Source: an uncultured Hyphomonadaceae bacterium (lineage in GTDB: Bacteria; Pseudomonadota; Alphaproteobacteria; Caulobacterales; Hyphomonadaceae). Taken from it: DNA of 40,000 bases. Below are positions 23,504 through 34,322 of the stretch, piece by piece; position 1 is the first letter of the stretch; each line of letters starts with the position of its first letter. The DNA lies in assembly GCA_964342455.1 (NCBI GenBank), contig CAYFGB010000010.1:1-40000 (forward strand), given 5' to 3'. The translations under genes were made by a program, and so were the position numbers. The notes beneath the pieces were generated by a model. The model did not search any database. It saw only the letters and a list, made by a program, of their open reading frames with translations, and was not told where the DNA came from.

Positions 23504-24216
23504 GATTTTATTGGCGGCAATTCCTTGGCGCGGCTTTCGTCGAGATACCGCGCAGAAACCGGTGTCATGTCAAAGTCGAGCTCAATGAGGAGCGGATTGC
23601 CGGTTGGGATTTCGACGCCGACAATATCGTCATTGCTGACATCAAAGATGTGCTTGACGATGGCGCGCAGAGAGTTGCCATGCGCTGCGATGATGGTGTT
23701 ACGGCCATCCTTGAGGACGGGCTCGATTGTCTTGCTCCAGTAAGGCAGAACGCGATCGAGCGTCAGTTTCAGGCTCTCTGTTGCCGGAACAGTGATGCCA
23801 GCATAACGCGGATCTTTTGACAGATCGAATTCGGAATCAGATTCCATAGCCGGTGGCGGAATATCAAATGACCGACGCCAGATCTTCACCTGATCTTCGC
23901 CATGCTTTTCAGCCGTCTCTGCCTTGTTGAGGCCGGTCAGCCCACCATAATGGCGTTCATTCAGGTGCCAGTCCTTCACGGTTGGCAGCCAGCAGCGGTC
24001 CATGGCGTGCAAAGCCAGCCAGAGTGTACGGATGGCGCGGGTCTGAACGCTGGTAAAACACTGATTGAACTCTATGCCGCTCTTTGCCAGCAGTTCGCCC
24101 GAATGGGTTGCTTCGGCTTCGCCTTTTTCGGTCAGCTGCACGTCCCACCAACCCGTAAAACGGTTCTGCAGGTTCCACTCGCTCTGTCCATGACGCATCA
24201 ATGCCAGTACGGCCAT
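23500..24216 (-). CDS. gpmA: 2,3-bisphosphoglycerate-dependent phosphoglycerate mutase
   Basis: LMRHGQSEWNLQNRFTGWWDV..L...G, ERHYG and AAHGNSLRA are histidine-phosphatase dPGM signatures. Confidence 0.9.
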   Translation of the reverse strand: MAVLALMRHGQSEWNLQNRFTGWWDVQLTEKGEAEATHSGELLAKSGIEFNQCFTSVQTRAIRTLWLALHAMDRCWLPTVKDWHLNERHYGGLTGLNKAETAEKHGEDQVKIWRRSFDIPPPAMESDSEFDLSKDPRYAGITVPATESLKLTLDRVLPYWSKTIEPVLKDGRNTIIAAHGNSLRAIVKHIFDVSNDDIVGVEIPTGNPLLIELDFDMTPVSARYLDESRAKELPPIKS

Positions 24217-24290
24217 GTGCCCCTCTCCATCTTCGAAACTGCGAAGCGCTTAGCGGGAAAGTTCTGGAAGGTCGAGACCGGTGGGGCGGT

Positions 24291-24785
24291 TCAGGCGAAA
24301 AGATTGTCGATTTCAGACTGAGAGACCCCTGAATCATCGGAAAGGAGATCGGATTGGGCATCTTCCGCTCCGCTACCAACAATCAGAGCGTTCAATCCGG
24401 CAATGTCGTCATAAAGCGGCTTGCCAAGTGTTCCGGACTGTTCGACATCGCCCGCGCACAACAGCGATTGTATGCGGAGAATCTTGTCATCCAGTTCGGT
24501 GCACAGCAGTTCAAAGCGTGAAGTGACGGTTGGGCTCGCATGATGGTAGGCCTCGATCGCCAGTTCACGGTCTCGAAAGCCCGAATGCTTGAAATGGTCG
24601 ATATAGCTCATTGGCTGCCAGTCCAGAATGTCCTCGGCAACTTCCGGATCCATGGTGAGAAGGTCGATCAGCATGGCCACTTCGTTGTAATGGTTCAGAA
24701 AGTCCGTCGCCAGATAGGTGGCGGGACTGATATTCGCCGCGCGCAAGGTTTCGGGCGTTACTGAGAAGGTCGCTGCTGTCGACAT
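24291..24785 (-). CDS. hypothetical protein
   Basis: 164-aa ORF with coding-like composition. No motif recognised. Confidence 0.45.
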   Translation of the reverse strand: MSTAATFSVTPETLRAANISPATYLATDFLNHYNEVAMLIDLLTMDPEVAEDILDWQPMSYIDHFKHSGFRDRELAIEAYHHASPTVTSRFELLCTELDDKILRIQSLLCAGDVEQSGTLGKPLYDDIAGLNALIVGSGAEDAQSDLLSDDSGVSQSEIDNLFA

Positions 24786-24902
24786 GGTATCAGGAAAGAC
24801 ACAAATTCGTTCAGTTCAGCTTAACAGGACAAAATCTCACTTCTCGCCTTGCATCTGCCGCTTTCACGTTTCAGAAGACAATCGAAGAGGTATCCGAACG
24901 CC

Positions 24903-25598
24903 ATGAAAGACTATATTTTCTATCCTCTGGCGCTTTGCCTGGCGCTTGCCGTCATTGCTGCTGCGGCTTTGCCCGGGCGCGACCGTCTGGGTTGTGGTTC
25001 GGTGTCCGGGGCGGGTACGGATTACAAGCTGGTTGAGGTCGACGGTGATGATCTTTGCCGCATGAATGCAGGCGGGCAGGCGACTATCAAACGTCTGACG
25101 CGTAATGGCGAGATTGAAGCCATCCGCGTTTCCTCCAAGGTCGGAGAACTTGGTGATCGGGCTGACCGAAATCCGCATTTCCCACTCGCAGCTGATCTTG
25201 AGAAGTATTTCGCGGGCAAGCGCATTCACATAACGATCACGGCCAGGTCTTCTGAGGATTGGGGCGCTTCAGCGTTTGAAGCCAATTACAGCGCTGGCAG
25301 GGAGGGAAGTTCGGACTGGCAGACATTCCGGCTGACCCCGAATTATCGTGACTATAGTTTTACCTGGGATGTACCGCCGCGTATCGTGCAGGAGCTCACC
25401 CTGGATTATCTGGCGATCCGCCCGGTGGTTCCGGATAAACAGCGCGCTGTCGATATCCGGTCTGTGGTGCTGAAAGTCGTCGGCAGAAGCGCGGAAATAC
25501 GGGAACGCCTGAGCGACGAACCCGTTCAAAACACGCAGGCTGACGAAAACGCGCCTGAAGACAATACGCCCACCAGTGAAGAGCCTGCGGCTGAGTAA
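24903..25598 (+). CDS. membrane-anchored hypothetical protein
   Basis: Start set at MKDYIFYPLALCLALAVIAAAAL, an N-terminal TM or signal anchor. The C-terminal tail is acidic and low-complexity. Confidence 0.5.
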   Translation: MKDYIFYPLALCLALAVIAAAALPGRDRLGCGSVSGAGTDYKLVEVDGDDLCRMNAGGQATIKRLTRNGEIEAIRVSSKVGELGDRADRNPHFPLAADLEKYFAGKRIHITITARSSEDWGASAFEANYSAGREGSSDWQTFRLTPNYRDYSFTWDVPPRIVQELTLDYLAIRPVVPDKQRAVDIRSVVLKVVGRSAEIRERLSDEPVQNTQADENAPEDNTPTSEEPAAE

Positions 25599-25621
25599 TT
25601 TGTTTAAGAGGGGATATGAAC

Positions 25622-27139
25622 ATGCTTCCAACACCACGTGCTGATATCGCGCCAAACACGGCAGAGTTCGAAACCATTCCTCTGGTCAAGCCAACGGGCT
25701 TTCGTGAATATGATGCACGCTGGTGGTTTGGCGTTCCCGGCCATGAAAAACCACCTGAGCTCAACCTGCTGGGTGTGCAGGCGCTGGGGCAGGGCATGGG
25801 GACTGTGTTTCACGAGAAATGGGTGGCCCCCAAAGTCGTGGTTGGCCATGATTTCCGGCACTATTCGCAATCCATCAAATACGCGCTGATGACCGGGCTC
25901 GCCCAGGCCGGGTGTCAGGTGCTCGATATCGGTCTGGCGCTCTCGCCCATGACCTATTTCGCGCAATTCTCGCTTGAGGCCGGATGCTGCGCCATGGTCA
26001 CGGCCAGCCACAATGAGAATGGCTGGTGTGGTGTGAAGATGGGGTATGACGCTCCTCTGACCTTCGGCCCGGACGAAATGTCCAAACTGAAAGAAATCGT
26101 TCTTGAAGGTAAGCCGATCCTGCGTGGTGGCGGCTCCATTACCCGTGTCGACAATATGCGCGAAGTCTATCTTCAAAACGTCACCAAGGATGTAAAAATC
26201 AACCGGCCTCTGAAGGTCGTGGCGGCCTGCGGGAATGGGACAGCAGGTGCGTTTGCGCCGGATGCGCTGCGCGCGATGGGTGTGGACGTTATTGAGCTTG
26301 ATTGCGAACTGGATTTCACTTTCCCGAAATACAACGCGAACCCGGAAGACGCGAAAATGCTTCATGCAATGGCCGATGCCGTGAAAGAGCATGGCGCGGA
26401 TGTGGCGCTGGGTTTCGATGGGGATGGAGACCGCTGCGGCGTTGTCGATAACACCGGTGAAGAGATCTTTGCCGACAAGATCGGCCTCATGCTGGCACGT
26501 GATCTTTCGAAAGAATATCCGGGCTCAAAATTTGTGGTCGATGTCAAATCAACCGGCCTCTACAAGACCGACCCGGTGCTCCAGGAAAACGGCTCTGAGG
26601 TCGACTATTTCAAGACGGGCCATTCCTATATCAAGCGACGCACGACAGAGCTTGAGGCCCTCGCCGGTTTCGAAAAGTCGGGTCACTTCTTCTTCCGACC
26701 ACCGATTGGACTTGGCTATGATGATGGCCTGGTAGCTGCGGCGGCTGTACTTCAGATGCTGGATCGGAACCCGGACAAATCCCTTTCCGATCTTCATGCT
26801 GAACTTGGTGAGGCTTACACCTCCATGACCATGTCGCCGCATTGCGATGACGAAACGAAATATGGCGTGGTTGATGAGGTAACGGCTGAATATGAGAGCC
26901 TGAAGGGGACTAAAATTCTGGGCCGCGAGGTCACAGAGGTGAATACGGTCAACGGTGCCCGTGTTACGCTTGAGGATGGTTCCTGGGTGCTGGTACGCGC
27001 GTCTTCCAACAAGCCGGAGCTCGTAGTGGTCGTCGAGAGCATGGTCTCAAAGGACGACATGAAGGCGCTCTTCCACGAGGAAGTAAAACCGCGTCTCGCG
27101 AAATGGACCCAGGTTGGCGCCTACAACCAGGAAGTCTGA
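25622..27139 (+). CDS. phosphomannomutase/phosphoglucomutase (alpha-D-phosphohexomutase family)
   Basis: Active-site loop TASHNENGW, metal-binding loop GFDGDGDRCGVVD, sugar-binding GFEKSGH, and a C-terminal RASSNKPE phosphate-binding loop. The start may instead be at 25616. Confidence 0.88.
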   Translation: MLPTPRADIAPNTAEFETIPLVKPTGFREYDARWWFGVPGHEKPPELNLLGVQALGQGMGTVFHEKWVAPKVVVGHDFRHYSQSIKYALMTGLAQAGCQVLDIGLALSPMTYFAQFSLEAGCCAMVTASHNENGWCGVKMGYDAPLTFGPDEMSKLKEIVLEGKPILRGGGSITRVDNMREVYLQNVTKDVKINRPLKVVAACGNGTAGAFAPDALRAMGVDVIELDCELDFTFPKYNANPEDAKMLHAMADAVKEHGADVALGFDGDGDRCGVVDNTGEEIFADKIGLMLARDLSKEYPGSKFVVDVKSTGLYKTDPVLQENGSEVDYFKTGHSYIKRRTTELEALAGFEKSGHFFFRPPIGLGYDDGLVAAAAVLQMLDRNPDKSLSDLHAELGEAYTSMTMSPHCDDETKYGVVDEVTAEYESLKGTKILGREVTEVNTVNGARVTLEDGSWVLVRASSNKPELVVVVESMVSKDDMKALFHEEVKPRLAKWTQVGAYNQEV

Positions 27140-27172
27140 GGCGGCACCAGAGAATTTCTCTGATATTGAAAA

Positions 27173-27202
27173 GGGGAGCGCAGACCGCGCTCCCCTTTTT
27201 TT
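27173..27202. terminator. rho-independent terminator (bidirectional position)
   Basis: GGGGAGCGC-agacc-GCGCTCCCC followed by T7. It lies between convergent genes. Confidence 0.8.
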
Positions 27203-27237
27203 GTTGTGGCCGAGCTTCGGGACAATCGAACGGGTTA

Positions 27238-28035
27238 TTACATCCGGCCCCAGTCGCCGTTCTCGTCCTCCGTCAGCAGGGTGAAACTGCCCGGCGCGAT
27301 GCCGATGGGTTCCTGCCCTAGCTGGAAGAACCAGGAGAACCCGTCTCTGATCAGCCAGAAATTGGTCTCATCCTGGTTAAGCCCGTAAGGGCCACAGGCC
27401 GCTCGAGGGCCGTCATTCGGGTCATGCGCATCGGCCTCGGCAGGATCGTCGACAACCAGCGCGCCGGTCGGCCAGCCAGGGATACCCGCCTGTACCACGG
27501 TGCATTCTTCGGCTGCGTCTTTATCCTCCATCGCTTCGCGTGCGCGGAACTGAATATTGGCGAACACATCGTCCGGATTGACCGAGAAAACCTTCACAAT
27601 CGGGGTGTCCAGATCTCCCATATCCGGGCCGTAGGGCGAAGACGCGAGATAAATATGCGCGGCCTGAGCACCGGCCGAAAACTCCAGGCTGGCCTTGTTC
27701 TCTCCGCAGACCACGCCCTGATACAAAAGAATATCCGTCGCGAACGGTATTTCCATCACCTCCCATGCACAGGTTTCCCCGGTCATGTCGTTATAGAATT
27801 CGAGTTCCTCATCGATGACGGGCTCGTCGATGAAATTGATCGCGCGTCCCTCACAAATGCCGGACAATTCAAGGACGTCACCTTCATCAGCACACTGAGA
27901 TACTGACGTGTCCTGAGCGGTGGCCTGTTCTTCACCCTGGACCTCGCTTACAGCTGGTGCAGGCTCCGTTGGCTCATTGCCGCAGGACGCGATGAGTGTG
28001 AGTGCTGCGACCGGCAGCAGAAATGGTATCTTCAT
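27238..28035 (-). CDS. lipoprotein, function unknown
   Basis: MKIPFLLPVAALTLIASCGNE has a lipobox. The mature part is acidic. No motif recognised. Confidence 0.55.
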   Translation of the reverse strand: MKIPFLLPVAALTLIASCGNEPTEPAPAVSEVQGEEQATAQDTSVSQCADEGDVLELSGICEGRAINFIDEPVIDEELEFYNDMTGETCAWEVMEIPFATDILLYQGVVCGENKASLEFSAGAQAAHIYLASSPYGPDMGDLDTPIVKVFSVNPDDVFANIQFRAREAMEDKDAAEECTVVQAGIPGWPTGALVVDDPAEADAHDPNDGPRAACGPYGLNQDETNFWLIRDGFSWFFQLGQEPIGIAPGSFTLLTEDENGDWGRM

Positions 28036-28215
28036 GATAACCCCCGTGAAAGCCGCCCCTCGCGGCTATTATGCCAGTTTACACCAATACCATCTGCTCT
28101 GAAAATGCGCTGATGCATGAAATTTGCAGTCAGGCTTCAATGGAAGTGAGAAACCTCTTTGCGCAACCTGAAAACACGATAATAAGGAAAAGTGGATAAA
28201 TTTCTGGGGACCATC

Positions 28216-28797
28216 ATGAAAGTCAAATTTGCAATCGCAGCCCTTGGCGCGACCGTTCTTGGTGCAGGCTCGGCGCAAGCCGGTCTGGTGGAAGAAGCCC
28301 GGCTGGGTGTTACGGCACACAATATCTGCGTCATCGACTGTAAGAATGCCGACATTGAAGAAGGTCCGAACGTCAGTGCTGAGCTTGTTTTCGCTTCCCC
28401 GGATTTTCTGAGCTGGGCCTTCAGTCCGCGGCCATACCTCAATACGTCGATCAATACGTCCGGTGCGACCAGCTTTGTGTCCGGTGGCCTGCAATGGGAA
28501 TTCAACTTCACCGATCGGCTCTCATTTGCGCCAGGCCTTGGCTACACCGTGCACAATGGGGAAACCAACAATCCATATGCGAACGGTACACCCGAAGCTG
28601 CCGAGTTCGCAGCCGAGCACGTACTTCTTGGCTCTGAGGATCTGTTCCGTACGTCTTTTGCACTGCACTACCAGATGACTGAGCGCGTTGGTGTCGAGGC
28701 GCTCTATGAGCACTATTCACACGGCCAGATTCTCGGTGACGGTCGCAATCAGGGCATGGACAATCTGGGTCTCCGGTTCAGCTACACATTCGATTAA
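28216..28797 (+). CDS. outer-membrane acyloxyacyl hydrolase (PagL-like lipid A deacylase family)
   Basis: Start set at MKVKFAIAALGATVLGAGSAQA, a signal peptide. It has a beta-barrel-like alternation and the C-terminal YEHYSHGQILG....NQGMDNLGLRFSYTF with a terminal aromatic residue. Confidence 0.65.
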   Translation: MKVKFAIAALGATVLGAGSAQAGLVEEARLGVTAHNICVIDCKNADIEEGPNVSAELVFASPDFLSWAFSPRPYLNTSINTSGATSFVSGGLQWEFNFTDRLSFAPGLGYTVHNGETNNPYANGTPEAAEFAAEHVLLGSEDLFRTSFALHYQMTERVGVEALYEHYSHGQILGDGRNQGMDNLGLRFSYTFD

Positions 28798-28822
28798 GCT
28801 GCAGGGTAAATCCTGAAACAAT

Positions 28823-28853
28823 AAGGGCTCTGGTCTTTGTGATCAGAGCCCTT
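28823..28853 (+). terminator. hairpin downstream of the PagL-like gene
   Basis: AAGGGCTCTGGTC-tttgt-GATCAGAGCCCTT with one G-T pair. The T-tract is weak. Confidence 0.45.
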
Positions 28854-28865
28854 ATTGTTCGTATC

Positions 28866-29267
28866 ATGGCCCAAGTGTCAGACGAGCCAGCCCAAAGGCA
28901 TCAAGACAAAACCGTTATTCTTTATGACGGCGAATGCCCCTTCTGTGTGTCCTATGTCCGGTTTGCCCGACTGAGAGATGCTCTGGGCAAGATCGAGCTT
29001 CTGGACGCGCGCGGACACCCAGAGATGGTGGAGAACTATGCTGCTCGTGGTTTCCCGATTGATGATGGCATGATCGTCGATACGGGGGAGGAGGTTTACT
29101 TTGGCGGCGATGCGGTCTGGGCGATCAACGCTCTTGTCGGGCGGAACCCGCTGCTCAGACTTATGAGCGGTCGCGCCTTTCTCAGATTTGTCTATCCAGT
29201 CTTGCGCGGAGGGCGGAATCTCGTGACCCGCCTGCGTGGCAAACCGCCAATTCAGCCAGAGACCTAG
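28866..29267 (+). CDS. DCC-family thiol-disulfide oxidoreductase (DUF393)
   Basis: Start set at MAQVSDEP. The VILYDGECPFCVSYVRF motif is present. Confidence 0.7.
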   Translation: MAQVSDEPAQRHQDKTVILYDGECPFCVSYVRFARLRDALGKIELLDARGHPEMVENYAARGFPIDDGMIVDTGEEVYFGGDAVWAINALVGRNPLLRLMSGRAFLRFVYPVLRGGRNLVTRLRGKPPIQPET

Positions 29268-29270
29268 CGC

Positions 29271-29570
29271 TCATCGCGCCGTCTGTTTCATCACATCCTG
29301 CCAGTCTTCATGCCGTTCGATCTGTTGCCGAACGAACCAGCATTCAGGAATGATAGTCTTATTCTCCGCTCGGGCGTCTTCGACAGCCCGTTCGACCAGT
29401 TTCGTACCAATGCCCCGGCCACCAAGTTGTCTGGGCACGATTGTGTGGTCCGTCAGGCGCCCATTCTCGCCGAGATCCTGATAGGTCAGATAGGCTTCAA
29501 GCCCCTCGACCTGGATCACATAGCGACCGCCTGACGGTTTCGCTTCTCTGGTTATTGAAATATCGGTCAT
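29271..29570 (-). CDS. small GNAT-family N-acetyltransferase (YjdJ-like)
   Basis: 99 aa. [36 protein letters not shown] is the acetyl-CoA-binding Q/RxxGxG motif followed by the conserved C.F ending. Confidence 0.7.
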   Translation of the reverse strand: MTDISITREAKPSGGRYVIQVEGLEAYLTYQDLGENGRLTDHTIVPRQLGGRGIGTKLVERAVEDARAENKTIIPECWFVRQQIERHEDWQDVMKQTAR

Positions 29571-29807
29571 GCCGTTCTCCTGGGTGAAGTCTATATAAGA
29601 TCAATCCGGCGCGCTCGCGACTTGTTCCCCGAAAACCTCTGCTTTCGGGCCAGCCAGCGCGCCGATTGCGCTGGACGAGCCGTGCGTGGTGGTAAAAAAA
29701 TGCTGGACGATGGCGTCTGGTATGTGTTTTCCGCATGCGCGCCGCGACGGACCCTTGCATTTTTTGTTCAAACACGGTCCTGTCCCGGCTTCAGTGTGGA
29801 GAATGGA

Positions 29808-31106
29808 ATGACAGGTGTTGTTGTCGTCGGCGCCCAATGGGGCGACGAGGGAAAAGGCAAGATTGTCGACTGGCTGAGCCATCGTGCAGACGTAATCGTT
29901 CGGTTCCAGGGCGGGCACAATGCCGGCCATACGCTTGTCATTGATGGCAAGGTCTTCAAACTAAATCTTCTTCCTTCCGGTGTTGTGCGTGGCGGCAAGC
30001 TTTCCGTGATCGGCAATGGGGTCGTGGTGGATCCATGGCAATTGATCAACGAAGTCGCAGGCATGGCCGAACAGGGCGTGCAGCTGGGTCCGGATGATCT
30101 TCTTCTGGCCGACAATGCCTGTCTGATCCTGCCATGGCACAAGGATATCGATGCGGCGCGCGAGGCTCAGGCTGGCGGCGCGCAGATCGGCACCACCAAG
30201 CGCGGGATTGGTCCGGCTTATGAAGACAAGGTCGGACGCCGCGCTGTTCGCGTTGCCGACCTCGCCGACGAAGCTGCGCTGGATATGAAACTTGAACGTC
30301 TGATCGCGCACCATGAGCCTTTGCGCAAAGGTCTGGATCTGCCGCCACCAGATGCTGCCGAACTGAAGCGGCAACTTCTCGAGATCGCTGATGAAGTGCT
30401 GAAATATGCCGGTCCGGCATGGCAGCGCCTTGATGCGGCTTACAAACTTGGACGCCGCATTCTGTTTGAAGGCGCGCAGGGTGTCATGCTGGATGTCGAT
30501 CACGGCACCTATCCGTTTGTCACCTCCTCCAATGTTGTTTCCGGGCAGGCTGCGGCCGGTTCCGGGCTCGGACCGCGCTCAGTCAATTATGTGCTGGGTC
30601 TGGCAAAGGCCTACACAACGCGGGTCGGTGCCGGTCCGTTTCCAACAGAGCTGACCGATGACATTGGCGAAACGCTGGGGCGCGTCGGGCATGAGTTTGG
30701 CGTGAACACCGGCCGGAAACGCCGGTGCGGCTGGTTCGACTCTGTGATGGTGCGTCAGGCATGTGCGGTTTCGGGCGTCGATGGCCTGGCCATCACCAAG
30801 CTCGATGTTCTGGACGGGTTCGACGAAATCAAGATCTGTGTGGCCTACAAACTCGGCGACAAAGTACTTGACCGTCTGCCAGCCACTGCCGCCGAACAGG
30901 CCGCAGTTGAGCCGATCTATGAAACCATGAAGGGCTGGTCGGGCAGCACCAAAGGCGCACGCGACTGGGACCAGCTGCCGGGCGAGGCAGTCAAATACAT
31001 CAGACGGCTCGAAGAACTCGTCGGAACACCGGCAGCCCTTGTGTCGACGTCACCAGAACGCGAAGACGTGATCCTCCGGCGCGACCCGTTTGGCCGTGTC
31101 ATGTAG
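29808..31106 (+). CDS. purA: adenylosuccinate synthase
   Basis: Start set at [21 protein letters not shown], the canonical PurA N-terminus. [21 protein letters not shown] and [12 protein letters not shown] are present. The ORF-track extension 29622-29807 is rejected. Confidence 0.95.
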   Translation: MTGVVVVGAQWGDEGKGKIVDWLSHRADVIVRFQGGHNAGHTLVIDGKVFKLNLLPSGVVRGGKLSVIGNGVVVDPWQLINEVAGMAEQGVQLGPDDLLLADNACLILPWHKDIDAAREAQAGGAQIGTTKRGIGPAYEDKVGRRAVRVADLADEAALDMKLERLIAHHEPLRKGLDLPPPDAAELKRQLLEIADEVLKYAGPAWQRLDAAYKLGRRILFEGAQGVMLDVDHGTYPFVTSSNVVSGQAAAGSGLGPRSVNYVLGLAKAYTTRVGAGPFPTELTDDIGETLGRVGHEFGVNTGRKRRCGWFDSVMVRQACAVSGVDGLAITKLDVLDGFDEIKICVAYKLGDKVLDRLPATAAEQAAVEPIYETMKGWSGSTKGARDWDQLPGEAVKYIRRLEELVGTPAALVSTSPEREDVILRRDPFGRVM

Positions 31107-31121
31107 ACTGGATCACACCCC

Positions 31122-31550
31122 ATGACACTGACGTATCCGATCGCAGCAAACGGGGAAGAGGCGCTTACCGCGCCGAAAGGTCTGGCACGGACAAAATCTG
31201 GCGCCAGACGGGAAATTGGCCAGGCGGTTGAGTTTGAAACCGAATGGCTGCGTCCGAACCCGCAACAGGCCGAGGACTGGCAGGCTGCCGTTCTCACGGC
31301 TGTCTCATATGGGGCCGCGCAGGTTTATGAGGCGGAAAAAGGCGGCTCGATCATCGCCATCAGTTTCTGGAAACTGGTGGAAGAGCCAGCGCCCGTTCCA
31401 GCGAGACCGAAAGCCGGGGAAAGCAAAGAACCCAGAAACGACCACGCTGATGACCTTTATTTCCGGCGCGGACGAACGCGTCAAAACCGCAAGCCAGCGG
31501 TCGATCCGAACCAGATGGATCTTTTCGGCGGCAGTTCGTCGGACGACTGA
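31122..31550 (+). CDS. hypothetical protein
   Basis: 142-aa ORF starting 15 nt after purA. No motif recognised. Confidence 0.45.
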   Translation: MTLTYPIAANGEEALTAPKGLARTKSGARREIGQAVEFETEWLRPNPQQAEDWQAAVLTAVSYGAAQVYEAEKGGSIIAISFWKLVEEPAPVPARPKAGESKEPRNDHADDLYFRRGRTRQNRKPAVDPNQMDLFGGSSSDD

Positions 31551-31673
31551 CAAAAATTCATCTTCCGGGATGCGCGTTGACGAGAATGTGACAGAGGGAC
31601 ATGACACCGGGCGGGAAAGGTTTTAACTGGGCCTGCTGTATTCCATGCCGCTCGGCACAAGGCTTTTTCGCGT

Positions 31674-33158
31674 ATGACTTCCTTCTTTTCAGGCCGTTTT
31701 CATTTTCAGGATAGTGAACCAGCGCCCGAGAGCGGCCAGGTAGACGCAGAGACCGCAACAACTGATGCTGCTTCGGAGGCTGCTTCTGCTGCAAACACAC
31801 CCGACCCATCGGCCCAGACGCCAGTATCAGAACAGACACTTCTGACAGAGCGCGCGCAGGCCCTGTTCAATGACGGGGTTGAGTGGGTCCGGACGCATCT
31901 GCTGACACCGGAAAACCTGATCGCCATCGGCGTGCAGATCGGTACCATCATGCTGGCGATCTTCATCGGTCGCCTGCTCGCGCCCCGGGTTCGCCGCGGC
32001 ATTGATTTCGGTATTTCGAAGCTGCCTGATATTCTGGCCGAGAAGGTCAGGCAGGTTGCGCCGCTCGTTCTGGATCACGGATTGCGACCAGCCTTGTGGA
32101 TTGGCTGTCTGTGGATCGGCCAGACCATTCTGGCTGGCATGGGGCAACCGCATTATCTGGTGCGGATCGCGGCCAGCCTTGCCACCGCCTGGCTCCTCAT
32201 CAAGCTGGTCACGCAATTCCTGCCGGAAGACCTGCGCAAGACGGTTGCCTGGTTTGCCTGGTCACTAGCCATTCTGAATGCTTTTGGCGTGCTGGATGAT
32301 GTCTGGCGGATCGTGAACTCCCGCGGCATTGCATTTGGCGACGCACAGATCACGGTTGAGTTTGTTCTGCGGGCTATCATCATGGCAGCCGTTTTCATCT
32401 TCGCTGCGCAATGGCTTTCAAGACGCCTGAAAGCGCGGGTGGAAACACTTCCAAAGGTCGAGCCATCCCTGCGCATTCTCATGTCGAATGCCATTCAGAT
32501 CGGCCTCTTCATCGCCGCTGCCTTTCTCACGCTTGCCAGTCTGGATGTGCCGCTCAGTGGTCTTGCTGTGTTCGGTGGCGCGTTGGGTGTTGGCCTTGGC
32601 TTCGGCATGCAGCAGATCGTGGCCAACTTCATCTCCGGCGTCATCCTGCTGACCGACCGATCCATCAAACCGCACGATGTGATCGAGGTGGATGAAACCT
32701 ATGGCGAGGTGAAGTCACTTGGTCTGCGGTATGCCTCCGTCATCACGCGCGATGGCAAGGAGCACCTGATCCCGAACGAGCAATTGGTGACCAATAAAGT
32801 GGTCAATTGGAGTTATTCGGACAATCTGGTGCGTATCAAGCGCCGTTTTCTGGTGGAGTATGAGAGTGATCTCCGGCTGGCCGCCCGCCTGGCGGTGGAA
32901 GCGGCAAGCGAACAGCCGCGCGTTGAAAGCGAGCCCGCGCCAAAATGCCTGTTGATGGAATTCACCGAAAGTGCCGTTGAAATGGAGGCACGCTTCTGGA
33001 TCCGCGACCCGCAGAACGGCATCAACAATATCGGGTCTGATGTAATGTTTGCCATGTGGGACAAGTTCAAGGAACACGGTATCGATCTGCCACTTGGTCA
33101 GGACGAAATCCGCATTCTTGGCGATTCAGAACTCAAGGTTCGGCTGGCCAAGGATTAA
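31674..33158 (+). CDS. mechanosensitive ion channel (MscS family) protein
   Basis: Multiple TM helices, then the pore-helix and beta-domain signature GVGLGFGMQQIVANFISGVILLTDRSIKPHDVIEV. Confidence 0.85.
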   Translation: MTSFFSGRFHFQDSEPAPESGQVDAETATTDAASEAASAANTPDPSAQTPVSEQTLLTERAQALFNDGVEWVRTHLLTPENLIAIGVQIGTIMLAIFIGRLLAPRVRRGIDFGISKLPDILAEKVRQVAPLVLDHGLRPALWIGCLWIGQTILAGMGQPHYLVRIAASLATAWLLIKLVTQFLPEDLRKTVAWFAWSLAILNAFGVLDDVWRIVNSRGIAFGDAQITVEFVLRAIIMAAVFIFAAQWLSRRLKARVETLPKVEPSLRILMSNAIQIGLFIAAAFLTLASLDVPLSGLAVFGGALGVGLGFGMQQIVANFISGVILLTDRSIKPHDVIEVDETYGEVKSLGLRYASVITRDGKEHLIPNEQLVTNKVVNWSYSDNLVRIKRRFLVEYESDLRLAARLAVEAASEQPRVESEPAPKCLLMEFTESAVEMEARFWIRDPQNGINNIGSDVMFAMWDKFKEHGIDLPLGQDEIRILGDSELKVRLAKD

Positions 33159-33161
33159 GGC

Positions 33162-34235
33162 TCAGGCAGGCTTTACCGCCAGTACATGGCCATCAGAGCG
33201 TAAGAGCCTGGTCCGCGTGTCGCCCGGCCAGGCGCGAAAATCACACAGCATGTTTGCGGCTGAGTAGGCGGTATCCCGATCCCAGAGAACAGCTGGTTCA
33301 TATCGAAGCCAGCAAATCGGTGCGTCGTCCATCGCCGCGCGTCCATAATGTTCAATCAGAGCCGTCATGCGCTGCCGTGTTTCAATGGGCGGGTACTGAA
33401 AGAAGACCGAATGGAACACAACGGTCGTCACGCCATCCGGTCGCGCGGCCAGCTCTCTTTCCAGCCAGTCTGCTGCGTCAGCCTTTTCAACATGGGTGCC
33501 GCGCGAGATGGCAATGTCGGCAGCAGCGTCGAAACGGGCCAGACGCTCTGGCTGATCCGCCCAGATATAGCTTTTCGTGGTGAGCCGCGTGACAGGGTCG
33601 CTCAGGTCCAGCGGGTTCTGGTCACACGCCTTCCGCGCGTGAATGACAAGTGGGGCGGAAAGGTCGGGCTCCGGACCCTCCCATTGGGTTGTCACTTTCA
33701 TGGGAGAGGCCGGGTCGCCCCATTGCCAGGACCCGGCATCGTAATGGAAGGCATCAAAATTCTGATTGAGGCCCGCACTCGCCCCCAGCTCCAGAAGGTG
33801 GATCGGACGATCGAATTGTCCGGCTATAGTCTTCAGCCCAGTCAGAAGCATGAAGGCGCGGCGGGTTTCATTGGTTTGCGGCGGCGATTGAATGAACGCT
33901 CTGGTCCATTCTGTGTTGCCCGACAGAAAATCGCGGGCGGCGGGCCACAGCGTTTTAAGCGACCAGTCCGTATCGCCGCTGGGGTAGGCGTCGGCCAGAG
34001 CGTCACTCATCCCGGACAGCCTGGCGAAGTGAAGCGCTGCGGTCAGGCGCAGTCCCAGCGCGTCGGCCCGTGGGTTGGTTGGCCAGTCGCCAATCAGCGT
34101 TTCGATAATGCCGCCATCCCTTAGATCGTCTTTCATGGCCAATAGCAGCTCTGCCGTCAGCGGTGAGCCCAGCTGGGTGCACCAGCCAGCCTGTTCTTCG
34201 AAATGTTCGCTAAGCGTTGGTGGCGGCATGATCAA
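33162..34235 (-). CDS. DUF2332-domain protein
   Basis: 357 aa. The N-terminal HFEEQAGWCTQLGSPLTAELL and the overall layout match my memory of DUF2332. This is not verified. Confidence 0.6.
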   Translation of the reverse strand: MIMPPPTLSEHFEEQAGWCTQLGSPLTAELLLAMKDDLRDGGIIETLIGDWPTNPRADALGLRLTAALHFARLSGMSDALADAYPSGDTDWSLKTLWPAARDFLSGNTEWTRAFIQSPPQTNETRRAFMLLTGLKTIAGQFDRPIHLLELGASAGLNQNFDAFHYDAGSWQWGDPASPMKVTTQWEGPEPDLSAPLVIHARKACDQNPLDLSDPVTRLTTKSYIWADQPERLARFDAAADIAISRGTHVEKADAADWLERELAARPDGVTTVVFHSVFFQYPPIETRQRMTALIEHYGRAAMDDAPICWLRYEPAVLWDRDTAYSAANMLCDFRAWPGDTRTRLLRSDGHVLAVKPA

Positions 34236-34322
34236 ACGTCCCGATCAGAGATGAATGTCATGGATTTAGCACAGGGCCTGAAATTGCGCATGTGAGTTTC
34301 GGCGCCTTTGTCCATGGCGGGC

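Noticed and set aside
29622-29807. N-terminal extension of the purA ORF
   Set aside because: The canonical PurA N-terminus [18 protein letters not shown] begins at 29808. The upstream part has no protein-like character.
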